This document shows positions 12,931 through 26,049 of a DNA stretch of 64,000 bases, piece after piece. How positions within the stretch are numbered: the first letter of the stretch is position 1; each line of letters begins with the position of its first letter. The notes under the pieces are model-generated. The model was given only the letters and a program-made list of their open reading frames with translations, made no database searches and was not told the DNA's origin. Origin of the DNA: Dimorphilus gyrociliatus (taxonomy: Eukaryota; Animalia; Annelida). The stretch lies in the NCBI GenBank assembly GCA_904063045.1, contig CAJFCJ010000014.1:434001-498000 (forward strand), written 5' to 3'. A program made the translations under genes and the position numbers.

Positions 12931-15900
12931 ATGCTTGAAGTTACTGTGAAAACTTTGGATGGGAAAAACAAAAAATTCTCTGTTCCTGATGAGGTTGTTT
13001 TAGTACTAACTTTCTATACATAGTCTTATATTTCACTCTTCTAATCAGTATACCATTGAGGAATTCAAGAAAAAGATTGCAAGTGGAATAGTATGTTTTC
13101 TATATATACCATTGCATAGGGTACTTTTAATTTGCTGTTAATAGGAAATTGCTCCCGAGAGGCAGCGTCTAATCTTTCAAGGAAAAATTTTACATAATGA
13201 AAAAAGACTACAAGATTTTGGTAAATATATTTTGTTTAATTTTCATAGGAAATATTTAAATTTAAATTTTTTTTAATTAGACATAAATGGGAAAGTCATA
13301 CACGTTGTCCAAAGTCAAGCTCCACCGCCTGAGAGTTCTACCTCCGAAAGTGCAAGCTCGTCCAACAGGCAAGATAGACGAAATAGAAGCCATCCAAATG
13401 GAAATGTTCGCGTATTGGATGCCTCCACTATGCATGAAATGATGCAAAACATCTTTTCAGGAAATGTGGATGGCTCTAGAAATATTTTCAGATCTGTCAG
13501 TTAAAAATCAACAAGATATTTGTAGAATTCTAACTTTTAAATGTTATAGAACGATGGAAATCAAGTTGATGTTCATGTTAACATGAGAGTCGTAGATACT
13601 CCACCAGTGAGAAGCGAAGCTTGGGGCAGGCTGCAAGTTGTTAAAAGAAACTTACGAACTGTAACAGCAGTTGTAGATAGATTAGATGTAAGTTGTTAAA
13701 ATATATAGAATATTCCGTTCTTACGTTATATAATATTATTCCCATTTTAGGACCCAAATATAACGGTAGAAGATCTAGAGCGAGTAGAAGCTCTCACTAT
13801 GGCAGAAGAATTGCAACGAGAGCGTGAAGAAGATGAAGCAGCAAATAGACGGAGAGAAGAAGTATCAGAACCGAGAGAAGAACTGCCAGAGTAAGAAAGC
13901 TATTTATTAAAATTAGATTTCTCTATTTTCACATTGCATAAAAAGGAATCCCCCATTGTCGGAGGTAGCCGACGTTCTCGATGCGATGCTGGCTGCTCAG
14001 TTTCGATTAAGACCTCATGTAGAACGATATAGAGATCTCCTTAGGTCTGACATGGCATATGAAAACCCCGACGAAGCCAGGAGAGTACAAGCGCTCACCA
14101 ACCTCGTCAATGAGTCTCTTCACGGATTAAGCCATGCCTTGCACTCTCTAACCGACCTTATGGTGAACGTTGATTCAGCACCTCCACGAGTAGCTCGTGC
14201 AACAGCACAACCAGTTCAACCAGTTGCTGCAACAGTTATTCAACAAACTATACCGGTATCAGCTAGCATAAATCTTGTTGCAGGAAGGCAAACATCAACT
14301 ACGGTAAACTAATTATTTTTTCTCATATATCATTTTCACTTATGTATGTCAATAAATAGACTCCGACAACTCAAACACCGGTTACATCTAGTTCATCAGA
14401 GGGGCAGACGCCTACCCCTACCACAGCAACCAGCTCCACTACTCGTAATCAACCCTTTGTTACTTACTCCGTTGGTCAACCTACTTTTGCTGTTGGTAGT
14501 ATGTCATCTCCACCCACAGGGACTTCGGGTTTGTTTTCTGATATTAGTTTTTTTAATTACCATATTAAAAAAACTTTTTAATTAGGTACAAGCAGTACTG
14601 CCGGAACAGCAACCAGTAACCCTTCCCCTCAATTACCTGCATTCTTTCAAAATATACTTCGTGGAGTTGGCATACCAAGAGGCCAAGGTAGAAATTTAAA
14701 TTAATTATTTTAGGATTTTAAATTTTATAAATTAATTCCTTCAGCAGGAACCAGACAAGCAACATCGAGAATACCACAAGCACCACCTACTCGCAGTGCT
14801 GGAACTTCGGGAACAACCGCTCCCAATGTTAGCAATGCTCCAGAAGACGCCAACTCAAATCTTCAAACTGGTCTGCAAAGAGCCAGCAGATTAGTAGATC
14901 GATATTTACCGTGCTATTCAAGATTTTTCCGATTAGCACAAGTTCGAGCCAGTGCTGAGCAGGTTTGACATTCAAATATTGAGTCAATATCTAACTAAAT
15001 TTTCTTTAGAATGAAGCCAGCGCCCAAAGTACGACAGAAGATGATATTTTTAGTCAAATAATTCAAGGAGTAGCAGGAAGTGGTGGGTTGCGCGGGGGTA
15101 ATATTCGTCTTGCATCTCGCGGAACAAATACTCGTGGAGAAACTACAAATAACGCTGGAACAACAACTGGACAAAGTAGGCCAAACCCAACAGGAGGAAC
15201 ATCGTCAACTGCCAACGAAGTATATTTTCTTTCCTTGAATCTAAAAGTTTTTTCGCTACAATTTATAAATTTTTAATTAGGTGAGAAGTGGTTCGTCATC
15301 TTCCAGTACAGCGCAAATGCTGTCTCAGATAACCCAAATTATGCATGAACAGCTGAATTCCTCCCGTCAGGAAATGACGCCGATAGCCCAACTTTTGAGC
15401 GTAGTTGGACAAGATACTTTTGAAAGTAGAGGTGAAAACACTTTTGTTGACATGTTTAACATTTTGCTTCAAAACCTGGGCCTTGTGGATTTGGTTGGGT
15501 TGGTTCAAGGCCAACATGAGTGTTTGAACCGTGTTCGATCACACTGGAGGGTAAAATTTTTGCTTTTAAAAGTCTTGCTTGTATTAAAGTATAAGTTTGA
15601 ATTCATATTTGTAGGTATATGCTCAAGAGCAGATATTACAGAATGAGCCACCAACTGAGGCTAATATGACAAACGCCATAAATCGTATTTTGAATGAATT
15701 ATCTGAAATAACTCACTCAATTGATACAGTTTGTGTTATATATTTGTATCCTTTTTCAGTAATAGAAATTTTTTGCAGACTGAGGTCCATATTCGAGATG
15801 AAATTGATTTTCCGGCCTCTCTACGAGGGTTGACTAGACATCATTTGGAAGAGATGCTTAAAATTATTTTAAGTGACGCAGAAAATGAAAATCCCAGTTA

Positions 15901-16910
15901 CGGAAATATCGTAGGAAATGCTTTTACTGCTTACGCTCGGCGCCTTATGACAATATGTCGTCATTCTTCAGCCGATGATGCCAGTTTCCATAATTTAATA
16001 CGCCAACAGGTCAATATAATTGGACAAAATGTTTCAATAATTTAAATAAAGTTTAACTTAATAAAATAGGTTACATCAATTTTTGCTTCCGGAGTGGACG
16101 CTTCAATGCGAGATATGATGTCAACTATGGCCACAATGCAAATTAATCAGATTATGGCCAATTCTACTGTTCCAGAAGAAGAAATTAGGCAATTTGTAGT
16201 AACTAAAACAGACACAGATGAATATATGAGTTGTGGAGAAGAAGAAGTACAACCAACTGCTAGTTCGTCAAATGTTAGCTGAAATCTTCGTAGAATATTT
16301 CCCCAAATTCATACTAATTGATGTTTGTTTACAGGCAATAAACGATAAAATGGACACGGAGCAATCAACCACAAGGCAACCTCAAACTTTAGCTCCAATG
16401 CCTAGCCCGCCACCACCACCACCACCACCACCACCTCCTCAGTCCTCTAACGAAGAACACATTAATATCGCTTATGGCTCAGAAGAATGGCATTCTCTTG
16501 TCGACCGTGAATGGGTCGATGTTATTCATCGAGATACTATAAGGCAAGAGTGTCAGTCACATGCTACATCGAATCATTTGAGTGACGCATATATATCCAC
16601 TATGCCGTCAAAAAGGAGAAAAATAGTTGAAAAACATAAGGAGGACATGAGAAAACGATTGTGTAATGGTCAGAGTCACGTGCGATTATTAACGAATACG
16701 CTAGAAACTACTATTGAAGAGTCAACTCGACGTCCAATAACATCTATTCAGTCTCTGATGAATGATATCTGCGAAGATGGTAGTTTAGTTGAAGCCTTCG
16801 AAGAAGATATAAAAGAACGATTAAATGATCGATTGGAAAAAGATACGGATTTCGATGGTAGCAGTTTTCCAAATTCTGAAAAATGCTTTCGTTCCAAAAA
16901 TAGTAACTGA
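12931..16910 (+). CDS. BAG6: BAG6/Scythe (UBL domain, Pro-rich regions, C-terminal BAG-similar domain); divergently transcribed from CDC23
   Basis: MLEVTVKTLDG...EIAPERQRLIFQGKIL UBL domain; EEWHSLVDREWVDVIHRD and LSDAYISTMPSKRRK; C-terminal RLNDRLEKDTDFDGSSFPN. Confidence 0.93.
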
Positions 16911-17007
16911 ACTTTTTAATTGTTTACGTATATTTGTCTTTAAAAGTTACTAAATATCAACTCTAAAATGACATAAAAAAAGTATATATGTACAAACTGA
17001 ACAATAT

Positions 17008-17928
17008 TTATATTTGGCTATCTTCTCGATAACCCAGAGTTGGATAGCCACTATAGCTAGGATGTTGACCCTGATAGTCTCCTTGATAATCCCCATTGTA
17101 GCCATCCTGGTTTTTTTCATTATAGCCGCCTCCTCCTTCGTACTGTTCTGCGTATCTAGGGTTGTAATCGGTTCTCTGCTGCCAGTTAGGTGCGGCTGGT
17201 TCAGCAACTTCTGGGAAATCAACCTGTCTTTCTTTAACAGGAGGTTCATAATAAAAGACAAGACCAAAACAAATTGTATTAATAAAAGTTGCTATTAGAG
17301 CCAGAACGAACGATGCTCCGATTTTGTATTCTAAAATTGATCCATCCTCCTTTTTAGCTGTGAAAACAGCTACGCCGATCAGAGTGAAAACAGCTGTGAT
17401 TGAAATAAGCAAGAAAAACCGGTTTACTTAGTGATAATTTTTTTCTTTTAATTTCTCATCTTACCAGCAGCACCTGTTCCAACTGCTAATATCAGCTTTT
17501 TAAGAAACGAGTTTTGGAAGTTAATTACTAAGAAGACAATGATTATAACCTCTGATGCTAAAGAACAAACCGCTCCAAGAATAATAAATACTCTAGTTGC
17601 CTGCACGTAGTCTATCATAGAGAAAGAGTTTTCATTGTAAATCATTAAATACTACAATAAACAAACCTTCCGCCCATTCTCCAGCTTTAAAGCATCTTTC
17701 CCCAAGACATCCTGCCCATAATCCTGTGTGTTGCCATCTTCCTTCGCTTTTTGGTTTACAAATTGTTCACTTATCATCACATCAACCTGAACAAAACAAT
17801 ACTTACTAGTAATCCTTAGTCCACCTAGGTAAGCCAATGCTGATACCAAGGAATATAACAGATATTGGCAACAACCAAACTATTACTATAAACCCTTGGA
17901 CATCATTAAATCTTCTTAAAACAGACAT
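17008..17928 (-). CDS. Claudin/PMP22/EMP-superfamily tetraspan membrane protein
   Basis: Splicing across intron 17747-17806 yields PRW...GLWAGCLGERC (W-GLW-C-C signature). Four hydrophobic segments, a Tyr/Gln/Gly-rich tail and a terminal DSQI (PDZ-ligand-like). Confidence 0.8.
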
Positions 17929-18203
17929 AGCTTTTTAAAAATGAGTTTTGTCTTAAATAATTATCCTGTTATCAGGTTTGATTCACCTTTAACAGGTAAA
18001 TCGATAGAGGTCGCCACATAAGAAAGGAATTTCCGGTGGCGCAAAATATCTAAGTATGAATGAATGAACAGCACGGCTGTAGTATAATAATTCGAATTAA
18101 TATGTTTTTATAAATCCCAAACAATAAGTAAGTTTTTTAAAATATCAAAGGTCAATTATTAATATTTATTAAAAATAATATCAATATTTATGGAAATCTT
18201 TAA

Positions 18204-19424
18204 TTAAGCTGGCAGTAATGTTGAATTAAGCACTTTAGATCTTTCATATTCAGCTTCAGTTTTTATAATACCCTTCACTGCGACAATTTGATATTGTTCT
18301 TTAAAGAACGTTTTTAAACTTCTCCTAAATAGTTTCCACGTAATACTTTCATTACATTCACCACGACAATAACGTCCACATAACTCTTTCGAACAGCTGG
18401 GATCGAAAATAAGAAGATTGAGACCATTCTGACCATGTTCAATGCCTACAATCGTTCTCGAATGTCCTTGATGTTGCAAATACAGCGGAAATTTTGCATC
18501 GGGGCTGTTAAAGTAATTTTGTACCCAATCAAATATATGAGAATGGGTACCAGTCGTTTTACTCTTACAGTGAACATCTATAAGCGTGCATTGTATTCGG
18601 AAAGATGACAGTAGAGCCACAACTTCAGTTGCTCCTATCCATTTTTTAGTATTAACCAACTTATGAGAAAGTTGTTGAGCTCCTCTTGTATCAAATCCTA
18701 AACTCCAAGCTCTTTCGATAAGAGTTTGAATTTTTCGAATTGGTGTTAACTCTTGAAGAAATTGATTAGAAAAAATTTCGCAGTTTGAAAATTCTCTCGA
18801 ATTCATCATTGATGAAAGCAACATTTGTAAATTTCTATAACCGCATGACCAACCTCTATCGAATGGTCCATTTGTGAAGAGGTAGCAGGATGAACAAAGT
18901 TTAAAATCAGATTTTATAGCTGTTAAATATTCTCTTAAAATGTTCAAAATATTTGAATAAATCTTTCCAGACTCTTTGTCAAAAAGTGTACTTTGGCTTT
19001 GACCGGAGGATGTCGAAGCGACCTCCTGCGAATGACTTGTCGAAGGTTGTTTAGAGTTTTTTTTAAATTCTACATGAGCTACTCCGACGCCTCTATCCCT
19101 GTCGTCGGGTTCTTTATATATCTCTATTGAACTCTCTGATTCGGTTTCATCGAAATGATTATTTACATGACTGTCTAAATCCTCGTGATTCCTTAAGTTT
19201 TTATTGCATATTGGGCAGTATTTACCAGCTCCAGCTTGATCATTTTCAAAATGAGCGTTAGTATGAAACTCTAGATCTTTTTTATTCATAAAACTTAACC
19301 CGCAAACTATACAAACTCTTGCAGCATTTTCATCATGAACTTTTGAAAAATGTTCATCAAGCTCGAAAGCAGAATTCGCACGAAAATCGCACATTGGACA
19401 GTCAAAAACGGCTTTCTCGGCCAT
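18204..19424 (-). CDS. ZUP1: Zinc finger-containing ubiquitin peptidase 1 (peptidase C78), intronless CDS
   Basis: Three C2H2/UBZ-like fingers followed by GWSCGYRNLQMLLSS, WIGATEV, QHQGHSRT and IFDPS (Cys-His-Asp triad). Confidence 0.92.
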   Translation of the reverse strand: MAEKAVFDCPMCDFRANSAFELDEHFSKVHDENAARVCIVCGLSFMNKKDLEFHTNAHFENDQAGAGKYCPICNKNLRNHEDLDSHVNNHFDETESESSIEIYKEPDDRDRGVGVAHVEFKKNSKQPSTSHSQEVASTSSGQSQSTLFDKESGKIYSNILNILREYLTAIKSDFKLCSSCYLFTNGPFDRGWSCGYRNLQMLLSSMMNSREFSNCEIFSNQFLQELTPIRKIQTLIERAWSLGFDTRGAQQLSHKLVNTKKWIGATEVVALLSSFRIQCTLIDVHCKSKTTGTHSHIFDWVQNYFNSPDAKFPLYLQHQGHSRTIVGIEHGQNGLNLLIFDPSCSKELCGRYCRGECNESITWKLFRRSLKTFFKEQYQIVAVKGIIKTEAEYERSKVLNSTLLPA

Positions 19425-19811
19425 TTTTCAATATAGGTTACATTAATATGCTATATTCATAAATGGCTAATTAAAATTCAATCAAATCGAATAATTAATC
19501 ATATTATACTTTTGTTTACAAATCCAAACGATTAATATTTTCGTTCAACTATTACGATACTATTACAAAAGATTTTTAAAAAATCATATTTTAGCCTATA
19601 TGCACTAATATTACTAAATTCAGATGTCGCTACTGTGTTAACTTAGAGTGCAGACTTTTGACAAGTGCTGATATCCTTAATTAAAGTGCTATATCCAATT
19701 GAAGATAGAGAAGAAAAAAGACAAATTAACTTTCTTTTGTAATTGATCTTAGTAGATTAAAAGTATTACTTTTTGAATAATATTTCGCTATTGATCATTC
19801 CCAGGTGTCAG

Positions 19812-22774
19812 TTAGTTTGATTGACTCTTATTAGGGCTTGTGTTAGAGCTTTCAGAGTCTGACGCAGCTGAACTCGATGATTTGTTTAATAATATATTCT
19901 TCCATACTAGCATTGTAACAAATACGCCAAAAATAACTGTAAATAATATGATAAACGACGGTTGAAACCATTGCAATAAAAACATTTCCTTTTGATTCTT
20001 TATCATTGACTCTCCAATGCACTTTGATGCCAAATTGCGATATGGTCTGGGTTCACATTTTCTATATGCGCAAGTTGAGCTATCGTTTGGGCAGGTTTTA
20101 AAACTCCATGAGCTCCACTCTCCAAATATAGGCCTCCAACATATTGTATGAAATTTACTATTACAATCAACTGTTTCCCATTTTATAATATCATTTCTAA
20201 TAAATGCTATGGAACATTTTTTACGCTTATATTCACTATTAAACCTCGGATCATTACTTGCAATTGCTTCCTCATCATTCCAGAGATTATTCTGCCACCG
20301 GTACATTTCCATATCAGATAATATCAATCCATTCCATATTCTAAAGGTTTGCAATGGCAATTTTTTAAGGAGATAATACTCAATTGACATCTTTTGTCGT
20401 ATTTTATATTTAACCAAATGCATTTTAAGTGATAAACATGTTTCAATAGCTTCGCTATTCGTACGCATACCTAAATAGGTAAAGCAATATCCTAATTCAG
20501 AATCGAAAACATACGGAAAATGTAGCCTTCTTTGAGTTAATTGGCATATTTTAGACGTTTTAAAATATGCGGAATTCTCTAATCGGCTACTTACATTGAC
20601 ACAAAATGAAGAAGATCTATAGCATAAATTGTCCTTACTATCGAAAGAATAAATAGAACAATGATTATCTTGATAGCATTCGTTTTCACATCTTTGAATT
20701 GTTGATACATTTGTGCTACTTATAAAAGGTTTCTTTTCTTCGCAAAAATCCAAAATTTGCCTATTCCATTTGACAAAATCGATGTATCCATTAATATTTT
20801 CTATATTCTTCATTAATCTGTCCGGATCAAGGTCACTTTTTTTATAGTGGAGTTTATGCGATGTATCATTAATAATATCAACCTTCTTTCTTATATTTAG
20901 TCGATATTTTTCTAATTCTATTTTGTCACAAACTACAGTTTCAAACTTTACAATATCAAAATTGTTTTCTTCGCAGAATAATCCTGTCCTCTGCACCGCT
21001 GGAAGAGGATACGGATCGTTACATTTTCGAGATCTTGTCCATTCTCCAAAATTGCCCACGCCCTTGCATTCTGACCATGGACCCCAAGGTCCCCAGGAGC
21101 CAAGCATACGTCTAATACATATAACACTCTTTTTCTGATCGCATGAGTCTTCTTTTAAGGAAATTAAATGATTAGGTTTGTTCCCTAACGGATATTCGGG
21201 AACAACGAAATAGTTGCAGATTGTGCTGTGACGAAACATTTTAGCACTCCATGATTGTTCATTCGCCTCGGAAAAGAGCGCTTTGAACAACACAGACGAT
21301 CTCCATGATTGTGTGTCTAGTTTTGAAATTTCTTCATATGGTATCATTATCATACCATACAGCTGACAAAAATCCTCTGCTTGCTTGAAGTTTAAATTCC
21401 TCCGGTATAAAATACAAAAATCATTGCCTTTTTCTGTTGTAAATGGGATGTAGACTTCCGCTTTCTTTTCAGCTAGTCTTGGATCATAGCAGAAAGGTGC
21501 CGATAATTGATAAAGATCCTGACCTGGAAGAGTGAAAGACAGATAAACTCCCAGGCCAGGGGCGGAGAAGCCCCTATATATATTAGCACAATAAGTTTGA
21601 TCTAAGGTACTTTTTGACCATTTACTGGCTTCTATAATAAAGATGCCTCGGCATAGATCTCCTTCTAACTGCTTACTTGTTTTCAAAGAATAGCTTGCAC
21701 ATAGTTGCGCGCAAGATTTTTTGCTTTTGGCATTCTTTAACTCAATGTAATTATCCCTCTCGATCATTTTAGTATGATAGGGAACATGATTAAGATATTG
21801 ATAAAGAAAACGAAACGGGGAAACTCTGCAAACGTATCTATTATTGTTTCCTGGTTCGTATTTAACAAAATCAAATGTAAATATATCTCTTTTATAGATT
21901 GGATGGAAGTCATGAGACGTATGAATACTGAATTTTCTACTTGGATTGAGCGCTACATCTTTGGTACAATATACAACTAATCCTGCCGGCTGGTCGCTAT
22001 TTCTTCTTTCAAGACTCTTGCTACAGTCTGACATCTTATTTCTGATTGTAATTCTAGGTAAATTGAAGAGGTGAGGTGAGAAAAAACGACGTTCTATAGA
22101 AAACCCTTCTTGTTGTCTTGGTTGTTTAACGCCAATATATATGTCGTATTCACGCAAATTTGAATCAAATTCATCAACAGATATTACATGTCCTTGTTTA
22201 GCGATTGAGCCGAAAGATCTGCAAGTTGCATCTGAAATTCTTTGGACGTGTTCTTGTCTTTCGTAAGGGTTAGTCGGCAAATCTGCAAGACATATGGGTG
22301 TAGTTTTCCCCTTATAGTTAATGAAGACTTGTCCGCAATAAACTTGATTTGGTGTTAAAATGGAATTTATATCTCTCAAGGCCTTCTCACAAAACCCTAC
22401 TCCAAATTTTCTTAATATAATGAGACGATCAGAATCATACAAATCAAAAATATCTGTCTCATTCCTTCTCAGCCATCGACTCTCATCTAGTTCTTCGAAT
22501 AGCAAATTATCTGAATACTCCGGAACATACTATAAACGCTTGTATTATCTAAACGATTTCTTTAATACTAAAGATTACCTACCTTGGCCCCATACCCATC
22601 TTGAGCATTCGGATCACTTTCCCTCAATATTTCTAATTCAGTGCGTCGTAAGGTGTTGAAAAACTTATTGACATTCCTATTATCATCTAATAAATCGAAT
22701 TCCGGATAAATAAAATGAAGCTGGAGAACATTTAAAAAGATAAAAGAATATACGAAAAAAAGAAGATAGAACAT
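19812..22774 (-). CDS. Type I membrane protein with C-type lectin, TSP1 and PAN/apple-like modules; 2 coding exons
   Basis: Signal peptide MFYLLFFVYSFIFL spliced (AAG|GTAGGT...TTTATAG) into the 897-aa ORF. TSP1 WGPWGPWSEC...RSRKC; PAN-like CENECYQDNHCSIYSF; CTLD-like WETVDCNSKFHTIC; TM FIILFTVIFGVFVTMLVW. Confidence 0.8.
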
Positions 22775-23465
22775 TTGTTTGAATGTTCTCCGAAGAAAAT
22801 ATTTCTTACAAACATCTCGATTATCCACAAAATTTTTCTCATACGTAAAAAATCTCTCTCTTTTTAACCTTATCTCCTCATTTTTATTCTTTTCGCCCTA
22901 TTTTACCACAAAAAAAGAAATACGGTTCTAAGATAACCTTTGATTGTGCTTTTTAATAGAAAAAAACCTCCATCAAACGTAGACATTCTTACCTCATTTT
23001 GATTGATCACGGTTGTTTTATTTGAAGACACTTTTTTATTGAAAGTGATGACAAATAAGAAAAGAATTATTAAGTTCATTTCTTATAATCAATCTTAAGG
23101 CGGAAACTAAGCGTAACGTAATTATATCAATATGTCGGAGGTATTTTGTTCTTTTAAGAACATTCATGATATACGTAATTTAAGAAAAAGCTTAAACTTT
23201 TGATAAAAATTGTTTTGAAGAAAAGGAAAGGAAATGGAATATATTTATTTAAAATTCGGCGGGATAGAATATAGAGTCCATAGCCGCCATTTTAAAATTT
23301 TACTACACTCTACTTCTTTTCAAACTTTGTGACATTGACCTTGCGGGGTTTGTTGGAAATATTTCATAATAATCGGCGTGGTTTCAAATATTTCAAATCA
23401 GTTAGTTATAGACACAGATTTATTAAAACTTTTAACAGTTGGGAAATTCTGTCTGAAGTGTCAAA

Positions 23466-23708
23466 ATGTGGATGATCTATGCAAGAGCCTACGCGCCGTA
23501 TATAACCTTACCAGTTGCGATGGTCATTGGAACAATTGGATATTATTTAGAAACTTCTATTCGTGGTGAAAGTATCAACACTCCCTCAAAGAAAGAAAGC
23601 ATAGCAGAAATCCGTGAGAATAGGATGTTGAAAGATAGTGAAAATTTAACTAGAATGGATAGTTTGAAGGACAAAACTTTCGTGCCAAAAAATATATTTA
23701 GAAATTAA
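23466..23708 (+). CDS. SMIM12: Small integral membrane protein 12 (UPF0767)
   Basis: RAYAPYITLPVAMVIGTIGYYLE...KESIAEIRENR...SLKDK matches the SMIM12 family pattern. Confidence 0.88.
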   Translation: MWMIYARAYAPYITLPVAMVIGTIGYYLETSIRGESINTPSKKESIAEIRENRMLKDSENLTRMDSLKDKTFVPKNIFRN

Positions 23709-24017
23709 TTGTAAATGTTATTAACATATTAGGATGTCGTTTTTTCTTCATAAATTCCATTTCATAACTTATTATAAACGATGACTTACTCTGTTTCTCT
23801 AGAGACAGGGCTAAAGAAGAATCAATTAATCAATTGTGTAGAATAAAACATAAACATGGCTTTAACCTTACATCATCACATGTTTAATGTATTGTAATAT
23901 GATAAAGCTGTCCTTGGACTTCATACGATTCAAAGAAAAATTGAAATAATCAATATTACTATTTATTATCAAACAAAATTTAGTTATCACAAAAAATCCG
24001 CCTCTTCATAAAGCAGA

Positions 24018-25343
24018 ATGGCACCTCTACCTACGGAAAAGAACATATTTACTACGGTTCCGCCACAAATACAGGAGAAGAAAAGTGGCCAACTGAGAGA
24101 TGAACAAATAAGGCAATTTTTTGAAGAAGTATGGAAATTTATTTGTCTAGAATGATAGATAATAAAAGTAATTTTTTCTTCATTAAAAATACACTTAGGG
24201 TTTCGTTGTTGTGGAAGACTTCTTTGATAAAGAAACAGAATTAGAACCGTGTAGAGAAGCTATTAATAAGCTTGTAGATGATTGTGCAAAGAAGTGGTTC
24301 GCTGCTGGAAAGATTCATAGTAATACCTTCGACTTGAGAGTGAATTGTTAAGATATAAATTTATATTTGTTTTTTATAGATTTACATTCGGATAAGGGCT
24401 TCAATGAAAGACTAACCTATTTAGAGAAGGAACTTCCTGGTGCAACTGTTCTTCTACATAAATTGGGAAAATTACCTGTTGCTTTTCAAAAAGTATGGTC
24501 AAATGAGCGAATACTCAATGTTGTGGAACAATTAATTGGTTCAGATATTCAAGGACATCCTGTGTGGAATCTTCGAACAAAATGTCCCAATAACGAGGCA
24601 ACTGTTGTCCCTTGGCACCAAGGTTTGTATAGCACACAGAGGGATCCTTTGGCTTAATCGCTCTTCATGCTGTTCGCATACAGATAGCGCTTACTTAGAC
24701 GAAAACTCTTATGACGTTTTGCAAGTAACAGCTTGGATTCCGTTAATTGATGCTAATGAGACGAATGGGTGCATGCAGGTTGTTCGAAAAGGACATAAAA
24801 AAGGGATTGTGGCGAAGCATAGTTGTTGCGTAGGAAATACTTGGTACGTAATGCTAGAGCCAGAGGAAATGATAAACACATTGGAATGTGATATGGAATC
24901 GAATGTCGTTACTTGTCCTGTTCCTTACGGAGGTGTCTTACTCCTAAGCAACATGATACCGCATCAAAGGTTTTGTAAAGTCATCTAATCCTTTATAAAT
25001 CACAAATTATACTGGTTTTCTTTCCAGTTTACCAAATAAGTCAAACATTATAAGATGGAGTCTGGATTTACGATGGCAAAAGTCAAACACGAATGTAGGC
25101 TTTCATGGCCTAAAGGAAGGTATTGAAATGAGAAGGAGTGGCTGCAAGTATGAAATTGATTGGAAGCCGTTTCTTAGTCAAAAGCAGATGAACAATATTT
25201 TAAGTGATCCTTCGAAAACCGCTGAAGAGAATGAATTTGATACAACGATAACTGGTCCATGGATGAAAAGATGGGAGATTGTTCATGAGAATAAGCATAC
25301 TGATCGTCTACAAGAAATAGATAATGCATATTCTAAACCTTAA
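24018..25343 (+). CDS. Phytanoyl-CoA dioxygenase (PhyH) family 2OG-Fe(II) dioxygenase
   Basis: Spliced ORF: QIRQFFEEGFVVVEDFF, HPVWNLRTK, VPWHQD (HxD), VTAWIPLIDANETNGCMQV, PHQSLPNKSNIIRWSLDLR. Confidence 0.88.
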
Positions 25344-25381
25344 AGAAACTAAAAAATACAAGTTAAAATCTTGTTTAAGAA

Positions 25382-26049
25382 TTAAGGAGATTCAATCACT
25401 TTGCATAAACTAATAATAAGTTCTTCCCAATTTTCAAGTGAATTCGATAGACTAAGATTTGCAAAACATGGTTGAGTTTCTATACTTAAATCATCTTTTA
25501 TCATTACGCTAACGTTCGATTTTTCATTGAAGATGAACACAAAAGCTATTTTTCCTCTCGCTGTTCTCTCCAGGCTATGAATAGTGAAGCTGTAACCTAA
25601 TTAGAAATTTCAGTTTCGTTTTGATATATTTAAAAATAAAGAGAGAGAAGAGTCCACTCACCATTAATTCTTTTAAGAGTACCCTCGTGTTCCTTTAGCT
25701 CTTGGTAGATTTTTTCTAGTACTTTTCCTTTAGAAGTAAATGCCGAAATATTATTATATATATATTCCCTATCTTCACACTGCTTCTTCCGTCTGATCTC
25801 TTCCTTCATTTGAAAACAATTCTTTTTTGCCAAATAATTCGCTCGGCAAACGGCTAGGAGAGATGTATCATCTATAATTTCACAAGATGTACCCTTATTC
25901 GAGTTACTTTGCTGGTTTTTGTAGAATTCGAGATATTTTGCTATTTCTTTAAGCTATATCGAGATAAAAGTTGTAGCATATTTTAGGATATGAATTAATA
26001 AACGTACTTCGTCGATATCCAACTCGGCTAAATTAGAAGGGACTGTCAT
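25382..26049 (-). CDS. Orphan ~190-aa protein: N-terminal coiled coil plus C-terminal alpha/beta (RWD-like) domain; 3 exons
   Basis: Three exons join in frame through canonical GT-AG introns: MTVPSNLAELDIDE|LKEIAKYLEF...QELKEHEGTLKRIN|GYSFTIHSLERTARGKIAFVFIF...NWEELIISLCKVIESP*. Confidence 0.65.
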
